Shown here: positions 1 to 13,982 of the stretch, piece by piece | Layout of the letters: each line of letters starts with the position of its first letter | How positions within the stretch are numbered: the first letter of the stretch is position 1 | Origin: Octopus vulgaris | Taxonomy: Eukaryota | Assembly: GCA_951406725.2 (NCBI GenBank) | Contig: OX597838.1 | Coordinates: 36,704,001 to 36,768,000, forward strand | Reading direction: 5' to 3' | DNA length: 64,000 nt | Translations under genes and position numbers: made by a program | The notes under the pieces: generated by a model | Databases searched by the model: none | Told to the model about the DNA's origin: nothing | Seen by the model: only the letters and a program-made list of their open reading frames with translations

Positions 1-324
1 TACTTCGTTGTGCTTTCATTCTTTTGTTCGGAGAATGGCTTTTTTTGTTCCGCCAAAGTCCCCCCGCTCCGCCCCACCCCCTCCTCCACCATACATTGTT
101 GCTCTGATTGCCTGTCTGTCAGTCTGCAACTCTATCAGTTCAGCTATTCAGTCTTTCACTTCTCCATTCATTGGATACAGGGTTTTTTTTTTCATGTACT
201 TGTTTTTAGCATTTTCATTTTTGTTTGTTTGTGTTTTTGTTTACATCTTGTTGTTGTTGTTGTTGTTGTTGTCGTTGTTGATATTATAAGAAAGATGTCT
301 TTTCTTTCCTTTCTCTTTCAAAAG

Positions 325-377
325 AACCCCAGTCAGTAATCGAAGTGCAGCGCTGGCCCTCAGGGCCGGGAGCCTAG
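325..377 (+). CDS. Possible small internal exon of an unidentified host gene
   Basis: Polypyrimidine tract (301-320) + AAAG acceptor, then a GC-rich unique 53 nt open as TPVSNRSAALALRAGSL, ending at a weak donor AG|GTGGAT. No homology recognised. Confidence 0.25.
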
Positions 378-404
378 GTGGATTTTCACTTTCTTTCTTT
401 CTCT

Positions 405-474
405 CTATATTATATGTGTGTGTTTGTGTGTGTGTGTGTATATATATATGTGTGTGTGTGTCTATATATATATA

Positions 475-509
<35 letters not shown>

Positions 510-564
510 GCACACATATATGTATATATATACACATGTATATATATGTATCTATATATGTATG

Positions 565-595
<31 letters not shown>

Positions 596-1245
596 GTACA
601 CACACATACACACATTCCGATATACACACATGCACACATATCTACAAACACACACATATGCTACCTTGTTATCTCTTCCTATCAATATATCTCTTTTCGT
701 TCTCCCTATCTCTCCTCTCTCTCTCTCTTTCTCTCTTGACATATACATACACAGCTCATGTACATGCATACATATATACACACATACACACATACATACA
801 TATATACATACATACATACACACATACATACATACATATATACACACACATACATACATACATACACACACATACATACATACACATACACACACACATG
901 CATACATACATACATACACACACATACATACACACATATATGCAAATACATACATGCATACACACACACACATACATACTTACACACACACATACACACA
1001 TACACACATACATACACACATACACACACACACACACACATACACACATACATACACACACACATGCACACATAGATACATACATACACACATACATACA
1101 TACACACATACATATACACACATAGATACATACATACACACATACACACATACACACATACATACACACACATACATACATACACACATACATACACACA
1201 TACATACATACATACACACATACACACATACATATATACATACCT
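405..1245. repeat. Compound (TG)/(TA)/(CA)/(TACA) microsatellite field
   Basis: Directly visible simple repeats; source of spurious YIHT/CVCV ORFs. Confidence 0.95.
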
Positions 1246-1958
1246 GTCTCTATGTGTGTCTCACCCTTTCTATCTCGTGTTTTCCCATCTTTCATTCCTC
1301 TTCAGTCTTTCGCTGTCTCTGAACTCTCACCCCTCCCTGAACTCACCCCCCTCTCTTTCTCTCTCACACACACACACAAACACACACACACACACACACA
1401 TACACATACACTCTCACTGTGTGAATGGCTGTCCTGCCCCGAGCTAATATCGGTTCATACTGGTTTAATCTTATCTCTGTCGAAACATTGTACGCATGTG
1501 CGTATGCATAACGTATATTCATGAGTGTGTGCACACGTACGTATGCATGCGTGTGTCTGTGCTGTTCATTGTTGTGAGATGCAAAAGGGATTTTGAATGG
1601 GATCAAAGGAATGAAATCTCTTTGTATTTTTTGTTATATTTTTTTTTTTTTTGTCAAAGTCTTTATATTTTTTTAAAAATCTCTTTATGTTTTAAAGTTC
1701 TCTAACGTCTCAGATTTTTAAGAGAAGAAATCTGACTGGCTTTGTGCTTTCTATTCTCTTCTGTTGCACGGAGGTGGCAGCAGAGAAAGAGAGAGAGGAG
1801 ACGAACAGACAGGTACATAGATAGATAAACAGGTGTATGACAGACATGTCTCGCGTTCTTTGTTTTAACACTTGGACTAGTATTACTAACAAGTTATACA
1901 CACACATGTATGTATGTGTGTGTGTATGTGTATGTATGTGTATATATATATATATATA

Positions 1959-2167
1959 CTCCTTTACTCTTTTATTTGTTTCAGTCATTTGACTGTGGCC
2001 ATGCTGGAGCACCGCCTTTAGTCGAGGAAATCGACTCCATGACTTATTCTTTGTAAGCCTAGTACTTATTCTATCGGTCTTTTTTGCCGAACCGCTAAGT
2101 TACGGGGACGTAAACACACCAGCATCAGCTGTCAAGCGATGTTGGGAGGACAAACACAGACACACAA

Positions 2168-2198
<31 letters not shown>

Positions 2199-2369
2199 CA
2201 AATATACGGCGGGCTTCTTTCAGTTTCCGTCTACCAAATCCACTCACAAGGCTTTGGTCGGCCCAAGGCTATAGTAGAAGACACTTGACCAAGGTACCAC
2301 GCAGTGGGACTGGACCCGGAACCATGTGGTTCGTAAGCAAGCTACTTACCACACAGCCACCTCTACGCC

Positions 2370-2370
<1 letters not shown>
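1959..2370 (-). mobile_element. tRNA-derived SINE, family A (~410 bp, internal TA/TG microsatellite)
   Basis: Reverse complement of the family consensus: head with A-box TGGCTGTGTGG and B-box-like GGTTCAGTCCC, CORE-like CCTTGGGCAAGT, 3' stem-loop CAGTC-AAAT-GACTG, (GTAAAAGA)n tail. More than 15 copies in the window. Confidence 0.9.
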
Positions 2371-2405
<35 letters not shown>

Positions 2406-2571
2406 ATCTGACTATGGCTTAGCTGGCCAAAACTTTGAAGTCACCGTTGACAACATTGTTGTGTAAGAATAATACATTTGTTTGCTACAAATGTATAGAG
2501 TAAGCGATCAGATTAATACAAGATTGTATTTATTGTAACTGTACCTAAAGATTAACATTTATATGTATACA

Positions 2572-2610
<39 letters not shown>

Positions 2611-2645
2611 GTAAATATATATGTGTGTATATGTGTATATATGTG

Positions 2646-2696
<51 letters not shown>

Positions 2697-2761
2697 GTAA
2701 ATATATATGTGTGTATATATATGTATATATGTGTATATATACATATGTGTATATATACATA

Positions 2762-2798
<37 letters not shown>

Positions 2799-2845
2799 GT
2801 AAATATATATGTGTGTATATGTGTATATATGTGTATATATACATA

Positions 2846-2884
<39 letters not shown>

Positions 2885-2921
2885 GTAAATATATATGTGT
2901 GTATATATATGTATATATGTG

Positions 2922-2962
<41 letters not shown>

Positions 2963-3348
2963 ATGTATATGTGAGTGTGTGTATATATATAAATATATAT
3001 GTGTGTGTGTGTGTATACTATTATACTCTTTTACTTGTTTCAGTCATTTGACTGTGTTTACGTCCACGTAACTTCGCGTTTCGGCAAAAGAGACCGATAG
3101 AATAAATTCTATTCTTACAAAGAATAAGTCTTGGGAGTTGATTTGCTCGACTAAAGGCAGTGCTCCAGCATGGCCACAGTCAAATGATTGAAACAAGCAA
3201 CTGTGTAAAAGAGTACACTAGATAACCCATTCATCTGTTGCACAGGTATGGCTACGGGGTAAGATGTTTGCTTCCCAGCCACATGGTTCCAGGTTCAATC
3301 CCATTGCATTGTGTCAGGTTGTGTACATGCATAACATATATGTGCAGG

Positions 3349-4635
<1,287 letters not shown>

Positions 4636-4813
4636 CAAGAATGTATATAACCAGAAGATACAAATATTACAGGCATCCCCCCCACACACACACACTAAAT
4701 AAACATAGACGCACATAGAGATATAAGCATGTGCAAATGAAGACATACAATAGAAATACAAAATGGCTGACGGTTAGTAAGGAGAGACACAAGTAAGTGA
4801 GAAGAAAACAAAG

Positions 4814-4857
4814 GACCACTGATGCGGTCACAGGAATGTGACGAAAGAACTTTGGCC
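4814..4857 (+). ncRNA. Degenerate minimal type-I hammerhead ribozyme motif in a small element (~4636-4975) between (TA)n tracts
   Basis: CCA-CTGATGC-G-GTCAC(AGGAAT)GTGAC-GAAA-GAAC-TT-TGG: stems I and II present, A9 replaced by C. Related copy at 13365-13405. Confidence 0.55.
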
Positions 4858-4971
4858 GAAATAAGATTAAGATTAATGTAAAAAATAAATATCACTGAAG
4901 CAAAATAACACCAAATATATAGTGCGTGTGTTTTTATTGGCTAAACTGGCAATATGACCATTCCGAAATAT

Positions 4972-5006
<35 letters not shown>

Positions 5007-5087
5007 TATATATATATATATACATCTATATATATATATATACATCTATATATATATATATATACATCTATATATATATATACACAC

Positions 5088-5118
<31 letters not shown>

Positions 5119-5141
5119 TATATATATATGCAGCATGGAAT

Positions 5142-5193
5142 TTTGTCAGTGAGACAGGTTGCGGACTCAAAGTGACGAAAATATTTTGGCAAA
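5142..5193 (+). ncRNA. Degenerate hammerhead-like motif
   Basis: Stem I TTTGTCA/TGGCAAA, stem II GTTGC/GTGAC, GAAA, palindromic AAATATTT at stem III; the CUGANGA box is scrambled (GTGAGACAG). Confidence 0.35.
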
Positions 5194-5297
5194 TTAAATT
5201 TAAATGTCGAAGTGAATCTAACGGCTTTTGTGTGTTTCTTAAATGGCTTATAAACACCTTCCATGCTGCAATTGTTTTCGTTCCAGTACACAATCTC

Positions 5298-5478
5298 AGA
5301 TCAGGTCATTTGCTATGCAAGTACATCTCCGTAATATATATATGTGTGTGTGTGTGTGTCCTCTGGCATAGCCTCAAGCCAACTAAAGTCCTTTTGGCTT
5401 GAGGCTATGCCAGAGGACACACACACACACACATATATATATTACGGAGATGTACTTGCATAGCAAATGATCTGATCT
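5298..5478. repeat. Near-perfect inverted repeat, 85-bp arms, 11-nt spacer
   Basis: 5298-5382 is the reverse complement of 5394-5478 with about one mismatch. Confidence 0.95.
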
Positions 5479-5513
5479 TTTGGTTGATGGAAACTGAAAG
5501 GAGTCCAGTATGT

Positions 5514-5549
<36 letters not shown>

Positions 5550-6419
5550 ACGTATATAAATAGTCAAGTCGGAAATTAAATATTGCAAAAGTCAAAAGAC
5601 GTACACATGGAATGTATTAGCTTGATGTTCAGTATAAAATGGTAAAAAAAAGCAGGAGTGTAATGTTTTGAGCATGGCTCTTTGTCAATAAGAAGAGTGA
5701 GAAAAGGTCCAAAGGAGAAACAAGTCCAACAAAAGCACGTGTGTGGATCCATGAGTGTCTTTGTGTCTCTTTGTTTCTCTCCACCGCTGGACAACTGGTT
5801 TGATGTGTTTATGTCCCCATAACTTAGTGGTTCAGCTAAAGAGACTGATGGAATATGTATCAGGTTTAAGAAAAAATAGGTATTAGTTTTGATTTGTTTG
5901 ACTAAAATTCAAAGTTCTTCCCCAGCATCGCTGCCATCTAACGACTGACACAAGTAAAAGATAAATGACGCAAACTCAGGTAAAAAGACACACCTGAATA
6001 ACTGGAACCTTTGCTAGTCAGCACTGGATTCCATTCACAACACATCACCTCACATTACATGATCTTCATCATGCTAAGCCATATTATAACATCCAAAACT
6101 ACCACCAAACTTTTACCACACTGTTGCACTGCCACAACACATCATCACCATGGATGTACCACATGGCAATATCGCACCACTAACTCGTCAGTTCATCACG
6201 TGTTTACACCATTTGTTTTTTGTTGTTTTTTTTTTGTTTTTTAATGTCACTGCACTCAACAATTCTTCATAGTCTCCAGTTTGAATTAACCTCCATATTA
6301 CCATTTGTACTCAGAATTCAGCTTGCCAGCCAAAACCTTTGCAATATCATTGGAGCTGGATCTTTAATTAAAAATCTCTGTGGAGTCTCACATGTGGATA
6401 CACCTACTTATATATATGT

Positions 6420-6481
<62 letters not shown>

Positions 6482-6708
6482 GTATGTATGTATATACTTG
6501 TGTGCATATACATGCATAGGTGTGTTTGTAGGTATATATCTGTGTGTATATCTTTGTATGTTTTGTATATGTGTGTGTCCATGTGTGTGTATGTATATAT
6601 ATCTATATATATATATATATAAATTCATAAATGAGGGTGAAAAATTAGATACCAGAATAAGGAGCTATTTCTAGCACTAGAGTTAGCCACTTATCATTAA
6701 CTCTCTTA

Positions 6709-6755
<47 letters not shown>

Positions 6756-7501
6756 GTATGTATATGTGAATATATTTTTGTATATGTGGATATATATGTG
6801 TGTATACATATATATAGACAACCCACTTTCATTTGAGGTAACTTGTTGTTCTTTGAGTTCTTTTGTCTTTCCCAATATCCTTTCATCACTGCCACCATCA
6901 TCACTATTATTTTGTTAATATTTATTATTGAAATCATTATTATTTTTAGGATTATTTTCATTAAAATTTATGATACTTCTCTAGTTGAAGTTATTGGTTT
7001 TCTTCAAATTTTTTTTTACTTAGTTTCTGTCAATAATTGATTATTATTATTCTAAGAATTATGTCAATATAGATTATTTATCAATACTGTTATTATTATT
7101 GCATTCATTATTATCATCATCATCATCATTATTATATTATATTTATCGTCGTCATCATCAATATCATCATTATTATGATTATTATTATTTTTGTTATTAT
7201 TATTAGTTTCAGGCACTTGTTAATTATTTCTTTGGCACTTGGAAAAAAGAAATCTGTATTGCTCAGTATATCAAGTTGTGTGTGTGTGTATGTATTTATG
7301 TATTTATGTATATGTTTGTGCATGTGTGTGAGGGCTTGTGTGTATATACACATATAGATAGATAGATAGATAGAAATATAATAAGAAGCTTCCAAATAGG
7401 AAAGCCTTGTGCTAGAAAGAGTAGTAGAAAACTCAAACCACCAAATAAGGATAAATTCTTGAAAGGAATGAAAATCAAAAACATTTACCATATCAATTAT
7501 T

Positions 7502-7571
7502 TCCCAGACCATGGTTTCTAACTATTTCCAGCAAAAAAATATTTGCTGAAGGCCAGTCTTCATCAGTGGGA
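7502..7571 (-). ncRNA. Minimal type-I hammerhead ribozyme (Penelope-type), near intact
   Basis: Minus strand reads TCCCA-CTGATGA-AGACTG...TAGTTA-GAAAC-CATG-GTC-TGGGA: 5-bp stem I, canonical core boxes, extended stem II hairpin (TTCAGCAAA/TTTGCTGGA), palindromic stem III ACCATGGT, GUC cleavage triplet (predicted cut between 7507 and 7506). Confidence 0.8.
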
Positions 7572-7736
7572 CAGCCTTTAGATTTCAAATATACACACAG
7601 CCAGATACACATGTAAAACTAACTGCCTGTATATCCTAACTTATCAGACCACTGCGCAGACGCAGATTATACCCGGCGACAGAAAGGATGCCGATCAAAA
7701 TTTTGAACTACTTTATCAAAGAATATATATATATAT

Positions 7737-7899
7737 AGGCGCAGGAGTGGCTGTGTGGTAAGTAGCTTGCTAACCAACCACATGGTTCTGGGTTCAGTCC
7801 CATTGCGTGGCATCTTGGGCAAATGTCTTCTGCTATAGCCCCGGGCCGACCAATGTCTTGTGAGTGGATTTGGCAGACGGAAACTGAAAGAAGCCTGCC

Positions 7900-7957
<58 letters not shown>

Positions 7958-8157
7958 TTGTGTTTGTCCCCCTAGCATTGCTTGACAACCGATGCTGGTG
8001 TGTTTACGTCCCCGTCACTCAGCGGTTCGGCAAAATAGACCGATAAAATAAGTACTGGGCTTACAAAGAATAAGTCCTGGGGTCAATTTGCTCGATTAAA
8101 GGTGGTGCTCCAGTATGTCCACAGTCAAATGACTGAAACAAGTAAAAGAGTAAAGAG
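7737..8157 (+). mobile_element. SINE family A, full length
   Basis: AGGCGCAGGAGTGGCTGTGTGGTAAG head through GACTGAAACAAGTAAAAGAG tail. Confidence 0.92.
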
Positions 8158-8439
8158 GAAAGAGTATATATATATATGTTTGTGTGTTTGCATGTAAAGA
8201 TTTTCCATATTTTTCAAAGGATATCTCTCTATTCTCATATGTGGGGGCACAGATAGGTGTGTTATTTAGAAGCTTACTTCTGCCACTGTATAGTTCCAAG
8301 TTCAGTCCCACTCCATGGTACCTTGAGCAAGTATATTTCACTATAGTCCCAGATCAACTAATGCCTTGTGAGTGGTATTAGTAAATGGAAACCATGTGTG
8401 TCTGTGTGTATTTATATCTACACTATATATATATATGTG

Positions 8440-8820
8440 AAGGTACGTAGCTTAGTGGTTAGGGCATTCGGCTCACGATTGTAAGGTCGTGAGTTCAATT
8501 CCTGGTGGCGGGTTGTGTCCTTGAGCAAGACACTTTATTTCACGTTGCTCCAGTTCACTCAGCTGCCAAAAATGAGTTGTACCTGTGTTTCAAAGGGCCG
8601 GCCTTGTCACACTCTGTCATGCTGAATCTCCCCTGATAACTACATTAAGGGTATATGTGTCTGGTTTTTTTTACGTCCCCGTAACTTAGCGGTTCGGCAA
8701 AAGAGACCGATAGAATAAGTACTAGGCTTAAAAAGAATAGGCCATGGGGGTCGATTTGCTCGACTAAAGGCGGTGCTCCAGCATGGCCACAGTCAAAATG
8801 ACTGAAACAAGTAAAAGAGT
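8440..8820 (+). mobile_element. Chimeric SINE: family B-type head/body joined to family A 3' half
   Basis: tRNA-like head TAGCTTAGTGGTTAGGG...GAGTTCAATTCC and B body to ~8662, then the family A tail from TTTACGTCCCCG. Confidence 0.75.
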
Positions 8821-8982
8821 AACAACAAACACAACAAGAGGAAGAAGAAGAAGAAGAAGAACGGAAACAATGAATACAACAACAGCAACAACATCAATAA
8901 GGATAAAGCTGAAAACAACAAGGCCAGAACAATAACACCACCGAATACAACAACAACAACAACTATACTAATAAATAGTACC

Positions 8983-9018
<36 letters not shown>

Positions 9019-9459
9019 GCAACAACAAGAACAGAAGCAGCAACAGTAAATTCCTTTAAGTTTCGATCATGACACTTAAAATACTTGAAACACTTAAAAG
9101 CCTTCGGGAGAAAAATCTGCAAACTAAATTATCTTCGATGCGAAATATTTCGCTAACATGGAGATTTAATAGTTTAGTTAATTCTACAAGTAAAAACATT
9201 TTCTTTTTGAACAATTGTGAAAGCTCTGATATAAAGCAACTGGTTTTCGAGTTCTGAAAATCTCCCAGGCCATAAATATACTGTCCTCCGGGAAATACAA
9301 TTATTATAAACAATCGAATTATACATGGTGTATAGCATGGATATGCGTGAGCCTGTGTGCGTGTGTGTGTGCATGAGACACATGTGCATATGGACATATA
9401 TACACACACACATATATATATATGTATACATATATACATATTTGCATGTGTGGGTGTGT

Positions 9460-9506
<47 letters not shown>

Positions 9507-9568
9507 GATATATGTATGTATATATGTGTGTGTGTATATATATATATACGTATACGTATTTATATATG

Positions 9569-9615
<47 letters not shown>

Positions 9616-9688
9616 CATTCATATTATATGCTAAATGATCCTCATTTAATGTCCATGTTCTCTGCGGGAATTATATATATGTCTATCC

Positions 9689-9730
<42 letters not shown>

Positions 9731-9763
9731 ATGGATATGCATATAAATGTGTATGTATATTGA

Positions 9764-9800
<37 letters not shown>

Positions 9801-10146
9801 CTGAATGGCATACAATGTAGTAAACCTATAGATACATGATTGACCAAATAGTGTAGAACTTCAGTTTGCAAGCATGCGGTATCTGGTTCAATTCCCCTGC
9901 ACAGTATTGTTTCCAGTTGTCTTTTTATTATGGCTTCAGCCTGACCCATGTCATGAGCAAAGAAACTGAGTTGATGGAAACTGTGTGGAAGCTTTTTGAA
10001 TGGACTGTTTAATACAAACATGTCGAGTAAACAAGCACACACACACAAACATGTATGTGTGTGTATGTGCCATATGTGCAGCAGCCAATACAGACAAATA
10101 TACATACATACATACATATATATATATATATGTATATCTATCTGTC

Positions 10147-10179
<33 letters not shown>

Positions 10180-10181
<2 letters not shown>

Positions 10182-10612
10182 TCTTTACTCTTTTACTTGT
10201 TTCAGTTATTTGACTGTGGCCATGCTGGAGCACTGCCTTTAGTCAAAACAAATCGACCCCAGGACTTATTCTTTGTAAGCCTAGTACATGTTCTATCGGT
10301 GTCTTTTGCCAAGCCACTAAGTTACGGGGACGTAAACACACCAGCATCGTTTGTCAAGCGATGTTGGGGGGGGGGGGGGTCAAACGCAGACACACAAACA
10401 TATACACACACACACACCCACCCACACACACACACACATACATACATATGACAGGGTTCTTTCAGTTTCCGTCTACCAAATCTACTCACAAGACTTTGGT
10501 CGGCCCGAGGCTATTGTAGAAGACACTTGCCAAAGGTGCCATGCAGTGGGACTGAACCTGGAACCATGTGGTTGGTAAGCAAGCTACTTACCTCACAGCC
10601 ACCCCTACACCT
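10180..10612 (-). mobile_element. SINE family A, full length
   Basis: Reverse complement of the family consensus. Confidence 0.92.
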
Positions 10613-11122
10613 ATATATATATATATATATATATAGACATAAATACAAATATACCTATATCTATATAGCTATAGATATAGATGTGTATAGAAACATACCT
10701 TTATATATATATATATATATACACACACACGCATAAATACATATATATCCTTATATAAGTGTGTGTGTGCATATTTACACACACACGCTCACACACACAA
10801 AACAGATGTGAGTGTAGAAAATGAAAGAAATGTGAATTCCGAACACTAAACTAAACCCCGCACCACGTTGGTGCAGTTTAATTGCATTATAGAAACATCT
10901 TCAAGAATAGAAATGTTATTAGCAATGGACAGTTAGATGCGTGATGTAATAATTACGGCTAACACTCATTAGATCTGTTTGGAACGGAAAAAGGAGGCTT
11001 CTCCATGCAAGAGAGCGAACAGACAAGTGTATTATGTAATTACAACAGAACATAGAAAATAGTCTGTCAACGATGTTTTTATTCTGGTAACTGTTATGCA
11101 GGTGTGTGTATGTGTTTGTTCA

Positions 11123-11167
<45 letters not shown>

Positions 11168-11313
11168 ATAAAAATATGTATGTATGCATATAAGTATATG
11201 TATGTAGGTATGCATAGAAATATATGCGTGTGTTTAGGTATGTATGTATGTACGTGTTAATATATGTATGTCTGTGTATAGGTATGTAAATACATAGGTA
11301 TTTATGTATATAT

Positions 11314-11733
11314 AGGCGCAGGAATGGCTGTGTGGTAAGTAGCTTGTTTATCAACCACATGGTCCCGGGTTCAGTCCCACTGCGTGGCATCTTGGGCAAG
11401 TGTCTTCTGCTATAGCCCCGGGCCGACCAAAGCCTTGTGAGTGGATTTGGTAGACGGAAACTGAAAGAAGCCTGTCGTATATATGTATATCTATATATAT
11501 ATATATATGTGTGTGTGTTTGTGTGTCTGTGTTTGTCCCCCTAGCATTGCTTGACAACCAATGCTGGTGTGTTTACGTACCCCGTCACTTGGTGGTTCGG
11601 CAAAAGAGACCGATAGAATAAGTACTGGGCTTACAAAGAATAAGTCCCGGGGTCGATTTGCTCGACTAAAGGCGGTACTCCAGCATGGCCACAGTCAAGT
11701 GACTGAAACAAGTAAAAGAGAAAGAAAAGAGAG
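11314..11733 (+). mobile_element. SINE family A, full length, flanked by ~110-bp direct repeats
   Basis: Family consensus; flanks 11196-11312 and 11734-11843 are near-identical. Confidence 0.92.
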
Positions 11734-11944
11734 ATATGTATGTAGGTATGCATAGAAATATATGTGTGTGTTTATGTATGTATGTGTTAATATATGTATG
11801 TCTGTGTATAGGTATGTAAATACATATGTAGTTATGTATATATGTGTTAATCATCATTATCATCATAGTTTTTATGTCTGTTTTCCATGCTGGCATGGGT
11901 TGGACTGTTCGACTGGGGTCTGGGAAGCCAGGAGGCTGCACCAG

Positions 11945-12170
11945 GAAGTGAAAACTGTGGTAAAGAAGTGGCTCAAAGAACAGTTAACAGAATTTTACGG
12001 GGCAGGGATACATGCTCTCATTCGAAGGTGGAACATTGCTATTGAGAGAAATGGTGACTATGTTGAGGAGTAGGGATGTGATACACAGAGGACCAGCTTC
12101 ATTTTGTTCCTGTGTTGGTAATTATACCTGTCCTAAACAAAATGTCATTACTTTTTGACTCACCCTCGTA
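11945..12170 (+). mobile_element. Mariner transposon 3' remnant (transposase C-terminus + right TIR)
   Basis: EVKTVVKKWLKEQLTEFYGAGIHALIRRWNIAIERNGDYVEE* matches the mariner C-terminal FY..GI..L..RW......GDY motif; ends TTACTTTTTGACTCACCCTCG|TA, a mariner-like TIR plus TA target site. Confidence 0.85.
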
Positions 12171-12389
12171 TGTATATATATATATATAAGTATATATAAC
12201 TTTCTTGTGTGTTTATATATGTGTATTTACGTGTATGTTCATGGATGTATGTTCACGTGTATGTATGTTATTCGGGCTAAATTTGGGCGTTTGCATAATA
12301 GGAAAAGAAAACATGATATCTTATCCAAAATATAAGTATTTTAAAAAACCTCCAAAATATCATCTGGGTTATGGTAGGGAGATAACAGT

Positions 12390-13310
12390 TTACACAAAGT
12401 AGCTGCCCTCAGCTTCCACCAGAGACTGAATTCAGTTTTGGTATCGGTATTTAGTACATGTGTTCTGCTTTGTATTCATCGGAAGACCTTTGACTATCTC
12501 TTTGATCTTGGCCACCAGCTTGGCTCGGCTGATGCAGGCAGAGCGATTGGTGTTCTTCTCATGTACTACAATGTGTTCTTTACATTGTAATATATAGGAG
12601 CAAGAGTGGCTGTGTGGTAAGTAGCTTGTTTACCAACCACATGGTTCCGGGTTCAGTTCCACTGTGTGGCACCTTGGACAAGTGTCTTCTACTATAGCCT
12701 CGGGCCGACCAAAGCCTTGTGAGTGGATTTGGTTGACGGAAACTGAAAGAAGTCCGTCGTATATATGTATATATATATATATATGTGTGCATGTATGTTT
12801 GTGTGTCTGTGTCACCCTAGCATTGCTTGACAACCGATGCTGGTGTGTTTATGTCCCCGTCACTTAGTGGTTCGACAAAAGAGACCGATAGAATAAGTAC
12901 TGGGCTTACAAAGAATAAGTCCCGGGGTTGACTTGCTCAATTAAAGGCGGTGCTCCAGCATGGCCGCAGTCAAATGACTGAAACAAGTAAAAGAGTAAAA
13001 GAGAATATCACAGGAACTTGGAGGCCAGAAATTGATGCTGGTGGCATCATGCATATTCTTCGACAATTACTTCTGACTCTTCCCAGAGATGTGACAAGGT
13101 AGTGAATCTTGCTGTTACACACATGGACCTCTAGCAGCAATCCATTCCATCCCTGGCTTAATCACAGTCTCCTACATTTTTACATAGCCATCTGAATTGA
13201 GCCTCAAGTCCTGATCAAAGACATTGGGCCTGCAGATACTCTTAGAATGCCAGCTGTGTGCTTTCCTGCTGGCCATGTCTTCATAGTCTATATTGCAGCT
13301 ATGCATGGCA
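12390..13310 (-). pseudogene. Decayed Tc1/mariner-superfamily transposase (maT/DD37D-like), split by a SINE
   Basis: Manual minus-strand translation: FDQDLRLNSDGYVKM*ETVIKP..V*QQDSLPCHISGKSQK*LSKN...NFWPPSSCD [SINE] EKNTNRSACISRAKLVAKIKE...LVEAEGSYFV*. QQD-to-WPPxSxD spacing fits DD37D; multiple stops and frameshifts. Confidence 0.8.
12596..13003 (+). mobile_element. SINE family A, full length, nested in the transposase remnant
   Basis: Family consensus; the transposase reading resumes on both sides. Confidence 0.92.
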
Positions 13311-13364
13311 CCTTTCCAGTATTTGCAGAATATTGAGCTGCAGGAGGAGACACATGAGATGGAG

Positions 13365-13405
13365 GGACACTTAAGAGGTCACAGGAGGTATGATGAAAAA
13401 TTTCA
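13365..13405 (+). ncRNA. Decayed hammerhead-like motif, second copy of the 4814 family (element ~13345-13530)
   Basis: CTTAAGA-G-GTCAC-AGGAGGT-ATGAT-GAAA; shares upstream GAGACACA and the tail CCAT.CC.AAATATAACAATATATA with 4780-4980. Confidence 0.45.
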
Positions 13406-13556
13406 AGACAAGAAATATAAAATGAGACCAATAATAAATCTGAAGAGAAGAACAAATATTTCGGCTATGTGTTTAATTTTAAAAAGACAAAAATAATTAA
13501 ATGGCCATCCCAAAATATAACAATATATATCACATACAATACTTTCATACATTTAT

Positions 13557-13592
<36 letters not shown>

Positions 13593-13938
13593 GTCGTCGT
13601 CATTGTCGTCATCATCATCATCATCATCATCATATAATATCTGTTTCTCATGCTGGCATGGGTTAGATGGTTTGACCGAAATTGGTAAACTGGAGAGCTG
13701 CACCAGGTTCTGGTGTGCTTTGATATGGTTTGATGCCTGTATATACATGTGTGTGTGTGTGTGTATGATCATCATCATTGTTTGATGTCCACTTTCCATG
13801 CTAGCATGGGATGGACGATTTGACTAAGGACTGGCAAACCAGATGGCTGCACCAGGCTTTCCAATCTAATCTGGCAGAGTTTCTACAGCTGGGAACCCTT
13901 CCTAATGCCAACCACTCCGAGAGTGTAGTGGGTGCTTT

Positions 13939-13982
<44 letters not shown>

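Noticed and set aside
6620-6715. Hammerhead-like reading on the minus strand of a small insert in (TA)n
   Set aside because: Core and stem I could not be assigned convincingly.
12945-12990. SINE A tail hairpin followed by GAAAC as a ribozyme
   Set aside because: No CUGANGA box; better explained as a LINE-type 3' recognition stem-loop.
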